The position numbers and the translations under genes were made by a program. A model generated the notes under the pieces. It made no database searches. It was not told the DNA's origin and was given only the letters and a program-made list of their open reading frames with translations. Of a stretch of DNA of 64,000 nt, positions 48,893 through 60,543 are shown piece by piece. Within the stretch, counting starts at the first letter, position 1. Each line of letters begins with the position of its first letter. The stretch is taken from assembly GCA_050084515.1 (NCBI GenBank), contig CM114271.1, forward strand, positions 3,286,001 through 3,350,000, read 5' to 3'. Source of the stretch: Blasia pusilla. Lineage: Eukaryota.

Positions 48893-51352
48893 GTCATGGA
48901 TAGGATCTTGGATGGTTTGGATTTTGCTAGGTGTTATATTGATGACATCGTAGTCTTTAGCACCACGATTGAGGAGCATGAGCGACATCTAGAGGAGGTG
49001 TTTCGACGATTGCAATTATATGGGCTGAAGCTTCATCCAGGCAAGTGCAAGTTCTTCTACGACCAGATTGAGTACTAAGGTCATACGATATACCCAAGGG
49101 GCCTTGGTGTTCAGTAGATGAAGGTAGATGCTATCTCACGCATTCCACGCTCTACAGATGTGAGCCGTGTTCACGTATTCATGGGATTGGCAAACTTCTA
49201 TCGACGGTACGTCAAAGGATTCAGTTTGATTACAAAGCGGCTGACCTTGTTGACCAAGGTGGATCACGAGTGGCACTAGGGGGATGAGCAGGAGCGAGCA
49301 TTTCAATTGCTCAAGGATAAGTTGTTGTCTGCGCCCATCTTGAGGAGACCGATCAGGGGGCGTCCTTTCTAGTTGCACACAGATTGGAGCATGTTGGGGC
49401 TTGGAGCGGTGCTCACGCAGTATGATGATGAGGGTGGAGAGTTCATGGTGGCTTACGCTAGCCGCTTGAACAAAGCTGCAGAGGCTTGTTGACCAAAGGT
49501 GGATCACGAGTGGCTAGGGGATAAGCGAGCATTTATGAAGATGAGTGCCAGCTACGGTGTGGAGCAGGGTCGTGCGATTCGGTGTTACTTATTCGGAAAC
49601 CCCTTTACCATCATCACTGAAGCTTGGGAGATGGGCTCTGTTGTTGCAGGAGTATGATTTTCAGGTGGTACATAGACCTGGGACGCTCAACCAAGATGCG
49701 GATGGGTCGAGTCGTAACCCATGCCCGAGTCAGCGAGATGCGACTGGAGCTCGATGGCATGGAGAGAGTGATGAGGAGTTGGTGCCAGGATGGCACGCGT
49801 CAGCTTATTTAGGCATGTTGGCTATGGAGAACCACAATGTGGAGACTTTGATGGTGAGGTCTAGTGGAGAGTCCTTGGATCCCGAGGCCAGTGAGGATAC
49901 GACAAGTGGCGAGATATTCATGATGATGGAGTAGTCATGGAGTACCTTCGTACTGGCAGCGTTGCGAGCATCGTGGATGCTAGAGAGCGGGATCGGATCC
50001 TACACCGGGCCAGACGGTTCCGTTGGGAGGGGACATATGTTTCGAGGGTTCGGGAGGATGGCAGAGTACGCGTAGTGCCGCATCCTTCGCAGAGAGCACA
50101 ACTAGTGCAGCATGCCCACGAGGAGTGGGTCACTTTGGGGTGAAGCGGACATACAACTTGCTCCAGATTCAGTATTGGTGGCGAGGCATGCAGACTAACG
50201 TTCAACAGTTTGTTGCCAAGTGCATGGTGTGTGATCGAGTCCGAGCATCGTTCAATGCTCCGACTCCACAATTGCATCCACTACCAATCATGGGCTTAGG
50301 GTATAGATGGAGTTTTGATTTTTCAGGACCTTTTCCTTTGACGGAGCGTCACACTCGTTATGTGTTGATGGTGGTCGAGCTCTTCTCGAAGTGGATCGAG
50401 TTGGTTGCATTGCCTGATAAAGCGAGTGAGGGAGTAGCTTATGCCTTCCTTGACAGAGTGTTGAGTCATTATCGCGCACCGGCTGATGTGTTGACAAACT
50501 AGGGTACCGAGTTTTGCGGTGAGTTCGAGGCCTTGTGTGATCAGGCGCTCATCAACCATCGTACGACTTCGCGAGATCATCTCGAGGCAGATGGATTAGC
50601 GGAGAGAGTTGTGCACGGTGAAGAGGGGTTTACGCAAGTATGGCTTGCAAAGAGGTCACCTAGGAGATTGGGACCTCCAGTTGCCATGGTTGGCGATGGG
50701 ATACACTTTCAGCAAGCAAGCATCCTTAACGTCTTTTTCACCATACTTGCTACTTTATGGTCGAGAGCCAAATTTACGTGCGGCCATTCGTCAAGATGCT
50801 GGTGAGGTGCTGGACCTTGATGACCCAAATGTATGGATTCGAGCATGTTCTTAGAGGGCTGAGTTGTTTCGGAGAGTGATGCCCATGGCATTCGAGAACT
50901 TGGCGATTGCGCAACATCGGGATACGTTGAGGTATGCGACTATTCGGGGTGGTGATTATCGACCAACTATCCGGAGGTTTCATGAAGGAGATTATGTCTA
51001 CTTGCAGCAAACGGCACCAACGACGTTGGATGTGATTGTAGGGTGCACTATCCTGAGAATGCGTGACGTTTTGCTATCTGGTGTTCTCTTGTTGGAGGGA
51101 CGCGATGGTATGGTATGGAAGGACCATGTGCGTAATTGTGCGCCATATCACCTTTCTTACATTGATGGTAGAGTAGATCCGAGCTTAGTAGTAGTTCCTG
51201 CAGGCTTGCGTTGTATGTTGTGTGGTTCTGCTTGTGGTGCGGCCACGATGCTAGTTTGTGATGGATGTTCGAGAGGTTGGCATATGGCATGTCTGATGCC
51301 ACCTCTCACTAAGGTTCCTCGGGGATGATGGATGTGTCCCAGATGTACATAG
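48889..51352 (+). pseudogene. Fragment G of the DNMT-gypsy pol: RT C-terminal half, RNase H, integrase, PHD finger
   Basis: RVMDRIL...CYIDDIVVF, LHTDWSMLGLGAVL, HAHE..GHFG..CMVC, RWSFDFSGPF, DGLAER, C-terminal C4HC3. Confidence 0.92.
51212..51349 (+). other. PHD finger at the integrase C-terminus
   Basis: CMLC-x11[29 protein letters not shown] gives the C4HC3 pattern, with one internal TGA. Confidence 0.9.
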
Positions 51353-51668
51353 AGGAGATACTAGGTAGGTTTCGATTCCTACTTTTTCTGTGACATGGAT
51401 GATAGGAAGGCGACTATCGATTGGGCCACATGAGCACCCGGCCTTTCTGCTCTTAGCGTCCTAGAGATGTATGTCGTGGGAGGTAGGGATAAATGGCTAC
51501 TGGAGTTAGAGGGATCTAACTACCAGCTAGGGGGGCGATTGGAGATATTTTGGTACTTCTCGCGTCTGTGTTTGGATGCCATGAGTTAGCATGGGATCGT
51601 GCGTGTTTTGTGTGTGTGTTCGGTGACTGCGATGTATGTTGTGTAACGATGTGTATGCGCATGACAAC

Positions 51669-52189
51669 TGTCACATCTTTTAGGATAGATCGGTAAGATC
51701 TAGTAGAGCGCCTCTGTGAGTAGTGGAGGACTGGCTCAGTAGGTTGAAGATGACGTGCTGAGGCCCCCATAAACCTGAGAGAGTAGGTTTCCCCTTCGTT
51801 TCGGCTCATTTGGAGCCATATTGAGGAACTTTCTATTTTAGGTAAGTACCATTTTGAGTATATGATCGACTTTATATTTTTGGTAAGTGGCCCTTGACCT
51901 CCTACATCAGGTCAAGAACCAAGGAGGTGACTTGGGAGAATAGGTTACCATGGAGAGAACTTGGGAGAGGGGAGGGGTATATATCCCAAGGAGAGAGAGA
52001 GCTTGAGAGCTCATTCTCTCTTTGTTGAACCTCTTGGCATGAGGCGGCGGAGCTATGGTCCCTTGCCTTGTGAGTGTAACCCAAGCCTCTCATTAGGAGA
52101 GTGAGTTTGGTTTGACATGAGAGAGAGAGAGTGCACACCTTTGAGAGCTACGATGTGAGATGGTGTAGAGAGAGATTGGATCTTACTTT
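51669..52189 (+). repeat. 3' LTR (truncated) of DNMT-gypsy B-F-G
   Basis: Starts TGTCAC and is homologous to the LTRs at 1031 and 62275. Followed at 52190-52298 by a second copy of about 51538-51665. Confidence 0.8.
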
Positions 52190-52299
52190 ATTGGAGATAT
52201 TTGGGTATTTCTCGCCTCTATGTTTGGATGCCATGAGTTAGCATGGGATCGTGCGTGTTTGTGTGTGTGTTTGGTGATAGCGATGTGTATGCGTACGAA

Positions 52300-53525
52300 A
52301 GCCCGAATACATTTGAGGGAGAGGATGGTGTCTTGGCTTCATGATAAGCTATCTTGCCTATTTCTTTTGGAGGGGTGGGACTTTCCTCCACAGTCGCATA
52401 TGCTCCTGCAGCCTTTTTGGGGAGTTGGGCGTTGGTAGCGTCGATTATGGCTTCAAGGTTTCTCCAAGGAGATACAACTATCTTGATGGATCATGTCGCC
52501 CATGTAGAGGAGGGGGACCTGTTATTTCAACAACAACCGAGATCTGCACAAGCTCTTCTTCCTCTTGCTACACAAGCAATTCTATCCCTTTTCAGCCAAT
52601 TGATTACGGAAGGGCTTGATCGACTTCAAGAGCATGTCTCCGAGAATGTGCGTTAAATAAACTTTTCCATCATTCTCTCAGAGGCATCCTCTGACGCTCA
52701 TCAAGATGTTTGCGTTCATGTGTGAGTACCGAAGTGAGGGCGTGGCTTGTTGCGAATCCTCTTATTCTTCCATTTCGTCTTCCTCGAAGTATATTCTCGA
52801 CAACTTTGCGGTTACGCCTTGGACTTCCCCATCCTTCTCTGTTAGGTGTGCCGAATTGTGTATGTGGGGATCCCATTGATGCCAAGGGTATCCATATTCT
52901 CCGATGTGCACATGGTGGAGAACGAACGGCCACACATGATGTCATTAGAGAGGCGGTAGCATCAATGGCTCGTATTGTAGGATACACCGTTGGGCAAGAG
53001 CAACTCCATGTCCTACCTTCAACCGCACAAGCAACCTCTCGTCGGAGAGTGGATCTTGTTATGTTTCGAGGTGGATTCCGGACACTAGGTGATGTGGTGG
53101 TTGGTGATCCAACACGTTCTGACTTGGTGTGTCGAGCCACACATACCAAAGGTTCGGCGGCTGAAGCTGCAACAAGAATCAAGGAGTTAAGTTATGTTGT
53201 GAGACATGCAACTGATGGATTTATTCCCTTTGCAATGGAAGTATTCGGTCATTTACATGGGTCTTTTGATACTTTCTTGAAAACATGTGCTCACCACTCC
53301 CTCGAGAATCGTCACCTTGCCCCTTTCCGTAGTCCTTCTCTCTTTGTAGTTACTTCTTATTTTCGGCAAGGCATCTCAATGGTCCTACAATGTGCACAAG
53401 CCTTGGCATTGATACATCGTGCGGAGGTGGTAGGGGGTTGCTCGCCTCGTCGTCCATTCACATTTGACCAACCACTCGTATTCCTGCCAGATTTATTTCA
53501 AACTATCAATCGTGTATCTCGTTGA
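52300..53525 (+). mobile_element. CRE-like non-LTR retrotransposon 3' part: linker, CCHC knuckle and restriction-like endonuclease
   Basis: LPISFGGVGL, LRLRLG, CVCGDPID..HILRC, THDVIR, EQ, RRVDL, DVVVGDP, KELSY, FIPFAMEVFG. Confidence 0.88.
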
Positions 53526-53792
53526 GACGGTGTTTGCGTTGGCTGGTTGGCATTTTCATTTTGCATTCCATTATGCATTTTTTAACTCCTATTTTGAAAT
53601 GTTATTACCTTTTCTTTACCCTCTTTTGAGGTTTATTTTATAATGAAATGGATATATTAGATTTCACGCCAAACTAATTTGACGTCTAAAGGGGGAAGAG
53701 AGAAATATGAACCGAAGCTTAAGTGGAAAGAGCGAGGACCGAGGAATGCACGGAGGAAAGGAAACGCGAACGGACGGAAGGAAGGTAAGTTC

Positions 53793-53807
53793 TTAGGGTT
53801 AGGGTTT
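53793..53807 (-). promoter_or_regulatory. Telo-box (AAACCCTA) in the RPA12 5' region
   Basis: TTAGGGTTAGGGTTT just after a likely 5'-UTR splice donor (AG|GTAAGT, about 53785). Telo-boxes are typical of plant ribosome-biogenesis genes. Confidence 0.5.
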
Positions 53808-54023
53808 CAAGCAATTTCTGTCCCGTCTTTCAGTCAGTCAGTCACACACAACAGTAGGCAGTGAGGAGGGTTCATGGAGTTTAGGGTTGGCTAGATGTCG
53901 TAGGCGAAATCTGGTGAAGCGAAACGGAAAGGGGAGAAAGCAGAGAAGAGGAGGATTTGGTAGCATCAGCCAGCGTGAATGTCGATCAATGATCGAAAAA
54001 AGTCGTAAGAAGATGCGATGATC

Positions 54024-56318
54024 ATGGCGTCCAAGAGCCAGGAGCACGACAGTTTGTTCTGCAATCTGTGTGGCACGGGCTTGTCCTTCGGCTCTGCCAG
54101 CTATGCGACTTGCCTCCTTTGCAACTCTCACCGCTCCGTGTCAGGTTCGCTACTTTCCCCGCCCGCTGTTCTTCTTCTGTTCCTTTGTCAGTCGGTCTGT
54201 CTGGGACGAGGCTTGCGATTTGTGTGTAGGCGGGTATGGTTTGTGGACGATGTGTATCAGCACAGCATTGGCCTTGCACTGAACGTGAATTCTTCTGTGC
54301 CCTATATGGGCTGCGGAAGGTTAGAATGGTCGCTGCACTGCTTTCTTTCCGGTAGCTGAGAGGGTGCTTGCATCTCGTTGGGTGGAGGGATTTGGTCTAG
54401 GGGACGGTGTGCCAGGCGTAGTGTTTCTCTTTCATGAAATCTAGAAGTCTTCTGTCCAATTGGCCCTTTCCTCTGGAGACGTCGGTAGCTACATCGCGGA
54501 GATTAATTTTCCTCCATTACTGAGTCTTGAGTCTACGATTGGCCGGTTTTGGCGAATTATGGATTCGCTAGGCTTCTACTTTTGACAGGTGGTTGGAAAT
54601 CAGAAGAAATTTCGAGTTCAGTGTGCTAGGAACGATTTGGAGTGTTGCATCGTCACTTTGCGCAGTTGTTTCGTAGAGCGCTCTAGGTTCGCCAGCTAAG
54701 TTCTAGCACACCCGTCGAGGGATTTAGTTTTCTGTGTTTTGTTGAATAGTAACATGACAATTAATGGCAAGTCCTGAATGTGGACGTATACCTTTATGCA
54801 GATTTTGAAGGCAAAGAGATCTGGTGTTCCAGTAGTGCCGAGGTAAGATGTTATGGTATGCAGCATGTGTTCAACATTGCCTGCTTAATTCGCCCCTACC
54901 CAGAGAGCAGATCGTGTTGTTTTAATTTCCCGGGAAAGGTCTTCACTACAGAACACATTTACCTTGTTTACTTTAACTCATCCTTAGAGAAATTATCACG
55001 CGAGCGTAAATTTCGGCACCATTTCTTCAGAGTGTTTTAAATTCCGGGCACTTCAGTCACGATTCTGAAAATAAGAGTAGCCGGCTAATCCTCAGAGAAA
55101 TAATCACGCGACTGTTAATTTCCGCACCATTTCTTCAGAGTGTTATATTGCGGGCACTTCAGTCACGATATTGAAAATGAGAATCGCCGATATCTTTTAA
55201 GTGAATTTCCACCTACAGTTTCGTTAAATCCCCCTTCAGTCTTCTCTCACACTTAACCCTTTCGCCCCTAGGCATTCCTGTGCAGAAGTGAAAGATATGT
55301 CGACAATGACACACCCTGTCAATGTCCCTATCAGTTATTACACTCTTGATGTCGTCATTGGGTTGTGCAGGACTTGATCCGGAGGCTTGGCATTGAACCC
55401 CTAATCCTACCAGACACTGATGTTGTTGGTGGTGAAGAAAACGAAGAAGCTCAGCAAAGGGCAGTGGTGAGGGGAGATCGTAAACTAACACAACAAAAGC
55501 TATTATAATTTTTCCTAGGAGATTGAATTCAGTTCTTGAGGAGTAATTTTAGCCTTGGAATCCATCAGTTTTGGTCTATTATCGAAATCTGATGGAAGCA
55601 TGTCTTGTAAAATTGTGGCATACAACTTCCTTTCATACGATGTCTAATATTTATCATTCTGTGCAGGTGAATGATGAATGCCCCAAATGTCATAATCCTC
55701 AGTTGGAGTACTACACAAGACAGGTTCAAAGCTTTTTAACCTTCGTCAATCCTTCAGTTTGCAGGTCAAGCTTGCTTTTGAAGATTGCCACACCTAAGAA
55801 CTGCTCAGGAAAGAATGGAGAACGTAACTCGGATTCTAAGTCATGTAGATGTGAATCAACAGGGTGCAAGTGTACAATCACTATTTTAAATCATTTTGTA
55901 GCTAGATTTGTTGAGATTTGGGGCACTTTCTCTCAGTTGGCAGTGCATGTAGTAGAAACCACATGAATGGGGTCAACTGCCTCAGGGAATCCTCTGAGTA
56001 TGTGGTGCCCTAGTGGATTCAGCTATGTCTTGGCCGGCTATGGATACTCCTCGCTACTCTATGTGAAGAACAGTTCTAGATAAGCGAGTGTAGGGATGGG
56101 AGGACGGGAATCAATGAACTATTCTATGAGTCAGACAAAGACCCAGGTTTTTCTTACAACCTTGGTGGGATGGGAAGGGTAGATAAGATTGCTTTCGACC
56201 GCTGACTAAATTCCTGTTTTTGATGTTTGTTGGTATGCAGTTACGATCTGCCGATGAAGGGCAAACAGTTTTCTACGAATGTGCCAGATGCCAATACAAA
56301 TTTTCCCAAAATATGTAG
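54024..56318 (+). CDS. RPA12: DNA-directed RNA polymerase I subunit RPA12 (130 aa); exons 54024-54144, 54802-54842, 55371-55466, 55667-55723, 56241-56318
   Basis: N-terminal zinc ribbon FCNLCG...CLLC and C-terminal TFIIS-like ribbon CPKC..YYTRQ|LRSADEGQTVFYECARC. All introns are GT-AG, phases are consistent and the total is 393 nt. Confidence 0.93.
54980..55190. repeat. About 108-bp tandem duplication in RPA12 intron 2
   Basis: Units start ATCCTYAGAGAAAT at 54980 and 55088. Confidence 0.8.
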
Positions 56319-56779
56319 CTGAATATCCAAGGTTTAGCCGGCTCACATTCCCTGTTTGGCTACCTATGCAGGTGGACTGGAGAGAGATGGTTTAAACAGG
56401 CCCCTCACTGTCAAAATTCAATGATGTAATGTTTGTGTTGAGGTTGCTGTCTTGTGCTTGTTAAAAAATCTTTCCTTTATTTTCTTTGGTAGGAATGCTG
56501 ACACACTTTTGGGAGAATGCCTGCCTTCACCCCCTCTGCGCTTCATGATTGGCCATGAGAGGGTTTCTCACAGTATCACTAGAGCCTTTGGGATCCTGGT
56601 CGAAGAGTTCAAGTTTGAAGAATCTTAGTGAGAGTTCATTCTCGGGCCCTGTTATCCTTTTCTGAGCTGAAGTGTACATTCATTGTCCTTTCATCTTGGT
56701 ATAATGAGACAATTTAGGTGACGTTTGGCTTCTCTATCGCATTGAATGGTTGACAGAAAGGACAGGAGTGGTAAGCAAA

Positions 56780-59566
56780 ATGATTGTGGAAAAGTTAGAC
56801 TGGCTACGACATGCAGGGCTTCAGATCTTCTCCTTGGATATTCAGCCCGATGGTTTGCGGTTTGCGACAGCTGGAGGTGATCACAAGGTCCGCATATGGA
56901 GCATGACTGCACTGCAGAGCCTTGATCAAGGACCCTCGCAACCGAGGTTGCTTGCTACACTGCGGGATCATTTTGGTTCAGTTAATTGTGTACGTTGGGC
57001 AAAAGGTGGTCACCTCATTGCCTCTGGATCAGATGATCATCTGGTACTAGTGCACAAGAGGCATCCTGGTTCAGGTACAACAGAATTTGGGAGTGGAGAG
57101 CCTCCAGATGCAGAGAACTGGAAAACACTCCTTACACTACGGGGGCACTCAGCTGATGTTGTGGACATTGGATGGTCACCAGATGACTCCATGATTGCAA
57201 GCTGCAGCTTGGACAACACTGTACGGATATGGTCAGCAGTTAATGGAAATTTGATCTCGGTTCTAAATGGCCACAAAAGTTTAGTGAAGGGTGTAGCCTG
57301 GGATCCGGTGGGGTCTTTTCTCGCTAGTCAATCAGATGATAAGTCTGTGATTATATGGCACACAGGCAACTGGGTCATGGTACACAAGGCAGAAGGACCA
57401 TGGGAGAAGACAGTGGGGTTCACATTTTCCCGGCGTCTGGCCTGGTCTCCGTGTGGGCATTTCATTACAACGACACATGGGTTTCAGGAACCAAGTCACA
57501 CTGCGCCTGTGCTAGAAAGAGGAGACTGGTGCACATCTTTTGATTTTGTAGGGCACAATGCCCCAGTAGTTGCAGTGAGATATAACCATTCAATGTTCCG
57601 AAGAGTGCCCGACACCAAGAAGAATGTTGGTGCCAACGATTCCTTTGTAGTTGATGCTGCCCCTTACAATGTGATAGCAATGGGAAGTCAAGACTGCAAT
57701 ATTACAGTGTGGACTACTGCAAGTCCACGCCCAGTATTTGTTGGCAAACATTTTTTCACACAGAGTGTCGTTGATCTATCCTGGAGCACTGATGGATACA
57801 CACTCTTGTGCTGTTCACTTGATGGTACCGTTGCCGCATTCACATTTGAATCTAAGGAATTGGGGTCCAAGGTTACTGAAGAGGAGATGCAGGAGTTCAA
57901 AAAGACAAGGTACGGAGATGTACAGGTGCGGGGTCTTACATTGGTGGAAAGCCCCTCTCAGCTCATCTTAGAAGCTGCTGCAGCAAAGCAATTGGCTAAT
58001 TCCGTGGGCATTCTAGAAGTCCAAGCTTCCGTACCTGAAAAGCCCACAGGTGTTACTGAGGCTCCTTTTGATTCTGCATCCAGCAGAAGAACCCGGGTTT
58101 TGCAGCAGACGGAGTATCGAGGAGCTGATGGACGCCGAAGAATAATCCCGAAGCCTTTGGAACAGGACTTCAAGGAGAACGAAGCTCCTGATGGTTCAAG
58201 AGGGATTCTACATGAGGGATTCTCCAGTCTTGCACAACTGTCAAAGAATGGATTGACTACCACTCATAGATCTGAAACAAGGGAGAGATTGCCTGTGTCA
58301 GAGGGAAAGACCATAGACAGGCAAATGAATGATGTGAGTGGTGGTGATGCTCGACTCAAATCTTCAGTTGACCCCATACCTGCTGAGATGGGCGCAGAAT
58401 TACCGAAACAAATGAACAGGATCCGTACGACCAAGTTATTGGTGCAGCCAGCGATTAATCACAGCGGTGTCCTGTCATTTGAGGTCCAACCACCCTTGGA
58501 AGGACCAATTTGCTTGGAAGCTCGCCCTGCTGGTGTGCAGCAGAAAGGTGGATCAGTGGGGGAGGCAAATGGCTTGGGAGATGGTAGTGTGGAAACTGAT
58601 CTTGTCTGCTCACAAGGAGGAAAGGTTCTTTGGTGCGACCGACTAAAGAGAAAGGCCACGATTTTGACTGGCAATATGAATTTCTGGGTGGTGGCTTGTG
58701 ATGATAACAGTGTGCAGGTTTACACCGTTGCAGGCAGACAAGCTCTGCCACTCATCATTTTGAGTGCTCCGGCTGCATTCATGGACTGTGACAAAGGTTG
58801 GAATCTGCTGCTACTCACGGGATGTGGGTCCTTGCATATGTGGGATTTGCGTGGATGTACGAGTGTCCTTCAGGAATCAGTTTCTGCTTTGTTATCATGT
58901 TATCCAAGCCCACCCTCTCCTGAAGGTCAGATTAAGGTAATCTCAGCAAGAATATCTGATGTGGGTGCACCACTGGTTGTGCTTGAAAACCATCATGCAT
59001 TCCTCTTCCATTTGGATCTGCGATGCTGGCTTAGAGTAGCTGACTCTTTCCCATCTTCAACTTTCTGTGCATTTAAGCCTATAGTAACACCCATGGTCAT
59101 GAAAGGTATCCCAGACACCAAGAAGTCAGGTTCGCTGTTTGCTGATGGAACATCCTTCAGTTTGGCGAGGGCCTCTGCACATGATGCTGGAAGCTACAAC
59201 AGGTCGCAACTAGAGGGTCAAATGGCTGCCGCCTTAGCTCTCCAGTGTGCAGAGGATTATCGAAGATGTCTCTTGGCTTATGCTCGATGCCTTGCACGGG
59301 ATGCAGACAAGCCAAGACTAAGAGAACTGTGTGAAGAGCTGCTAGGCCCTCGACATGCACCAGAAATAAACCACTCAAAAGATATCACAGCTGCACCGGA
59401 ATGGAACCAGTACATTCTTGGCATGAAGAAGCGTGACTTACTCAAACAGGATGTGTTACCTGCTATGGCATCTAACAGGGCTATCCAAAGACTTTTGAGT
59501 GAATTTGTAGATCTACTTACTGAAATTGAATCAAGGATTCAGCAAGGGATATCTGATGATGTATAG
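56780..59566 (+). CDS. HIRA: Histone chaperone HIRA (928 aa), intronless
   Basis: N-terminus MIVEKLDWLRHAGLQIFSLDIQPDGLRFATAGGDHKVRIW, WD40 repeats, ASF1-binding B-domain EYRGADGRRRIIP, C-terminal Hira domain (RLRELCEELLGP). Single uninterrupted ORF. Confidence 0.96.
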   Translation: MIVEKLDWLRHAGLQIFSLDIQPDGLRFATAGGDHKVRIWSMTALQSLDQGPSQPRLLATLRDHFGSVNCVRWAKGGHLIASGSDDHLVLVHKRHPGSGTTEFGSGEPPDAENWKTLLTLRGHSADVVDIGWSPDDSMIASCSLDNTVRIWSAVNGNLISVLNGHKSLVKGVAWDPVGSFLASQSDDKSVIIWHTGNWVMVHKAEGPWEKTVGFTFSRRLAWSPCGHFITTTHGFQEPSHTAPVLERGDWCTSFDFVGHNAPVVAVRYNHSMFRRVPDTKKNVGANDSFVVDAAPYNVIAMGSQDCNITVWTTASPRPVFVGKHFFTQSVVDLSWSTDGYTLLCCSLDGTVAAFTFESKELGSKVTEEEMQEFKKTRYGDVQVRGLTLVESPSQLILEAAAAKQLANSVGILEVQASVPEKPTGVTEAPFDSASSRRTRVLQQTEYRGADGRRRIIPKPLEQDFKENEAPDGSRGILHEGFSSLAQLSKNGLTTTHRSETRERLPVSEGKTIDRQMNDVSGGDARLKSSVDPIPAEMGAELPKQMNRIRTTKLLVQPAINHSGVLSFEVQPPLEGPICLEARPAGVQQKGGSVGEANGLGDGSVETDLVCSQGGKVLWCDRLKRKATILTGNMNFWVVACDDNSVQVYTVAGRQALPLIILSAPAAFMDCDKGWNLLLLTGCGSLHMWDLRGCTSVLQESVSALLSCYPSPPSPEGQIKVISARISDVGAPLVVLENHHAFLFHLDLRCWLRVADSFPSSTFCAFKPIVTPMVMKGIPDTKKSGSLFADGTSFSLARASAHDAGSYNRSQLEGQMAAALALQCAEDYRRCLLAYARCLARDADKPRLRELCEELLGPRHAPEINHSKDITAAPEWNQYILGMKKRDLLKQDVLPAMASNRAIQRLLSEFVDLLTEIESRIQQGISDDV

Positions 59567-60543
59567 TTCAAGGTAAGTTGTCTACCCTCAGGTATCCCCA
59601 TGTGTAGTAGCCTGACTGAATGCAACATATTTAGACAGCAGTAAAGGGGTTTAGCTGTTAAGGACTAGAGTTTAGGCTTTAATTACACTAGTAAATGTAT
59701 TGTAACCAAGCCTGTAGATGAATATGTGGTGATGGGCTTTTGTAGGCAAAAGAAATGGACTAATATCTCATCTACAATGAAGCCATTTTGCTCAGGACCA
59801 CAATTTCGAAATTCTTTGGAGGCTATTGTTCGCATGAACGCTGGTCAATTAGGCCTCCCTGTACAGCTACTTGAGATGGATGTTCTAAACACGCAGTCTA
59901 CAGGGGGACAGATTATGCAAGTCTCCACGGAAATTACAGAAGGTATGAAGATGAGGAGTTGTAGACATCCCTACTATAGAGTGGGATAAAATCCAAAAGC
60001 ATTGAATGTAACTTTGTCAACAGCATGGTCCTCATATTTTGTTCTTATCTTCCTGTTGACGTTAAAATTAATAGAATTCTGTATAAAAGTTATATTCATC
60101 CTCCATCTATATGCCCCTTAGGGCACAGACATTGGATCCAAAATCATCTTCTTGGGCATGTCGGATGTCTTCCACGTCCACATATAGGTGTTATTTGCAC
60201 CTTCAATTTTACTTAATATTGTCATCGTCACAATCTGTGTTATCATCAGAGGACATTCTCAATTTTCAAATACTTGTTGCAGCAACACACGTACTCTTGG
60301 TAGGTACAACTCTTGATAGGCAAGAATCTAGAGATGATGTCTAGAGTAGCTGCTCCTCAACGTGGATTCTTGGTCATAGGAAGAGAAAGTGAATATTTAA
60401 ATAGGGATTCGAGTGAATATTTAAGTGGTCATAACTAGTATCATTGAAGTGCAATAGAAACAAATTGTATGAAGCATGATTCACATTCACTTCATCTCGT
60501 CCTAACTAACTATCATTTTTACTGCAATATTTAATTAAAAAAA

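Noticed and set aside
51538-52298. DIRS/PAT-type split direct repeats
   Set aside because: The element has a DDE integrase and no tyrosine recombinase, and the LTR at 62275 continues past the truncation point.
55571-55966. 131-aa stand-alone ORF (also 54018-54359 and 54780-55040)
   Set aside because: Each contains just one RPA12 exon with intron read-through.
56750-56779. N-terminal extension of HIRA from the ORF-track start
   Set aside because: It starts at TTG; the ATG at 56780 matches the conserved HIRA N-terminus.
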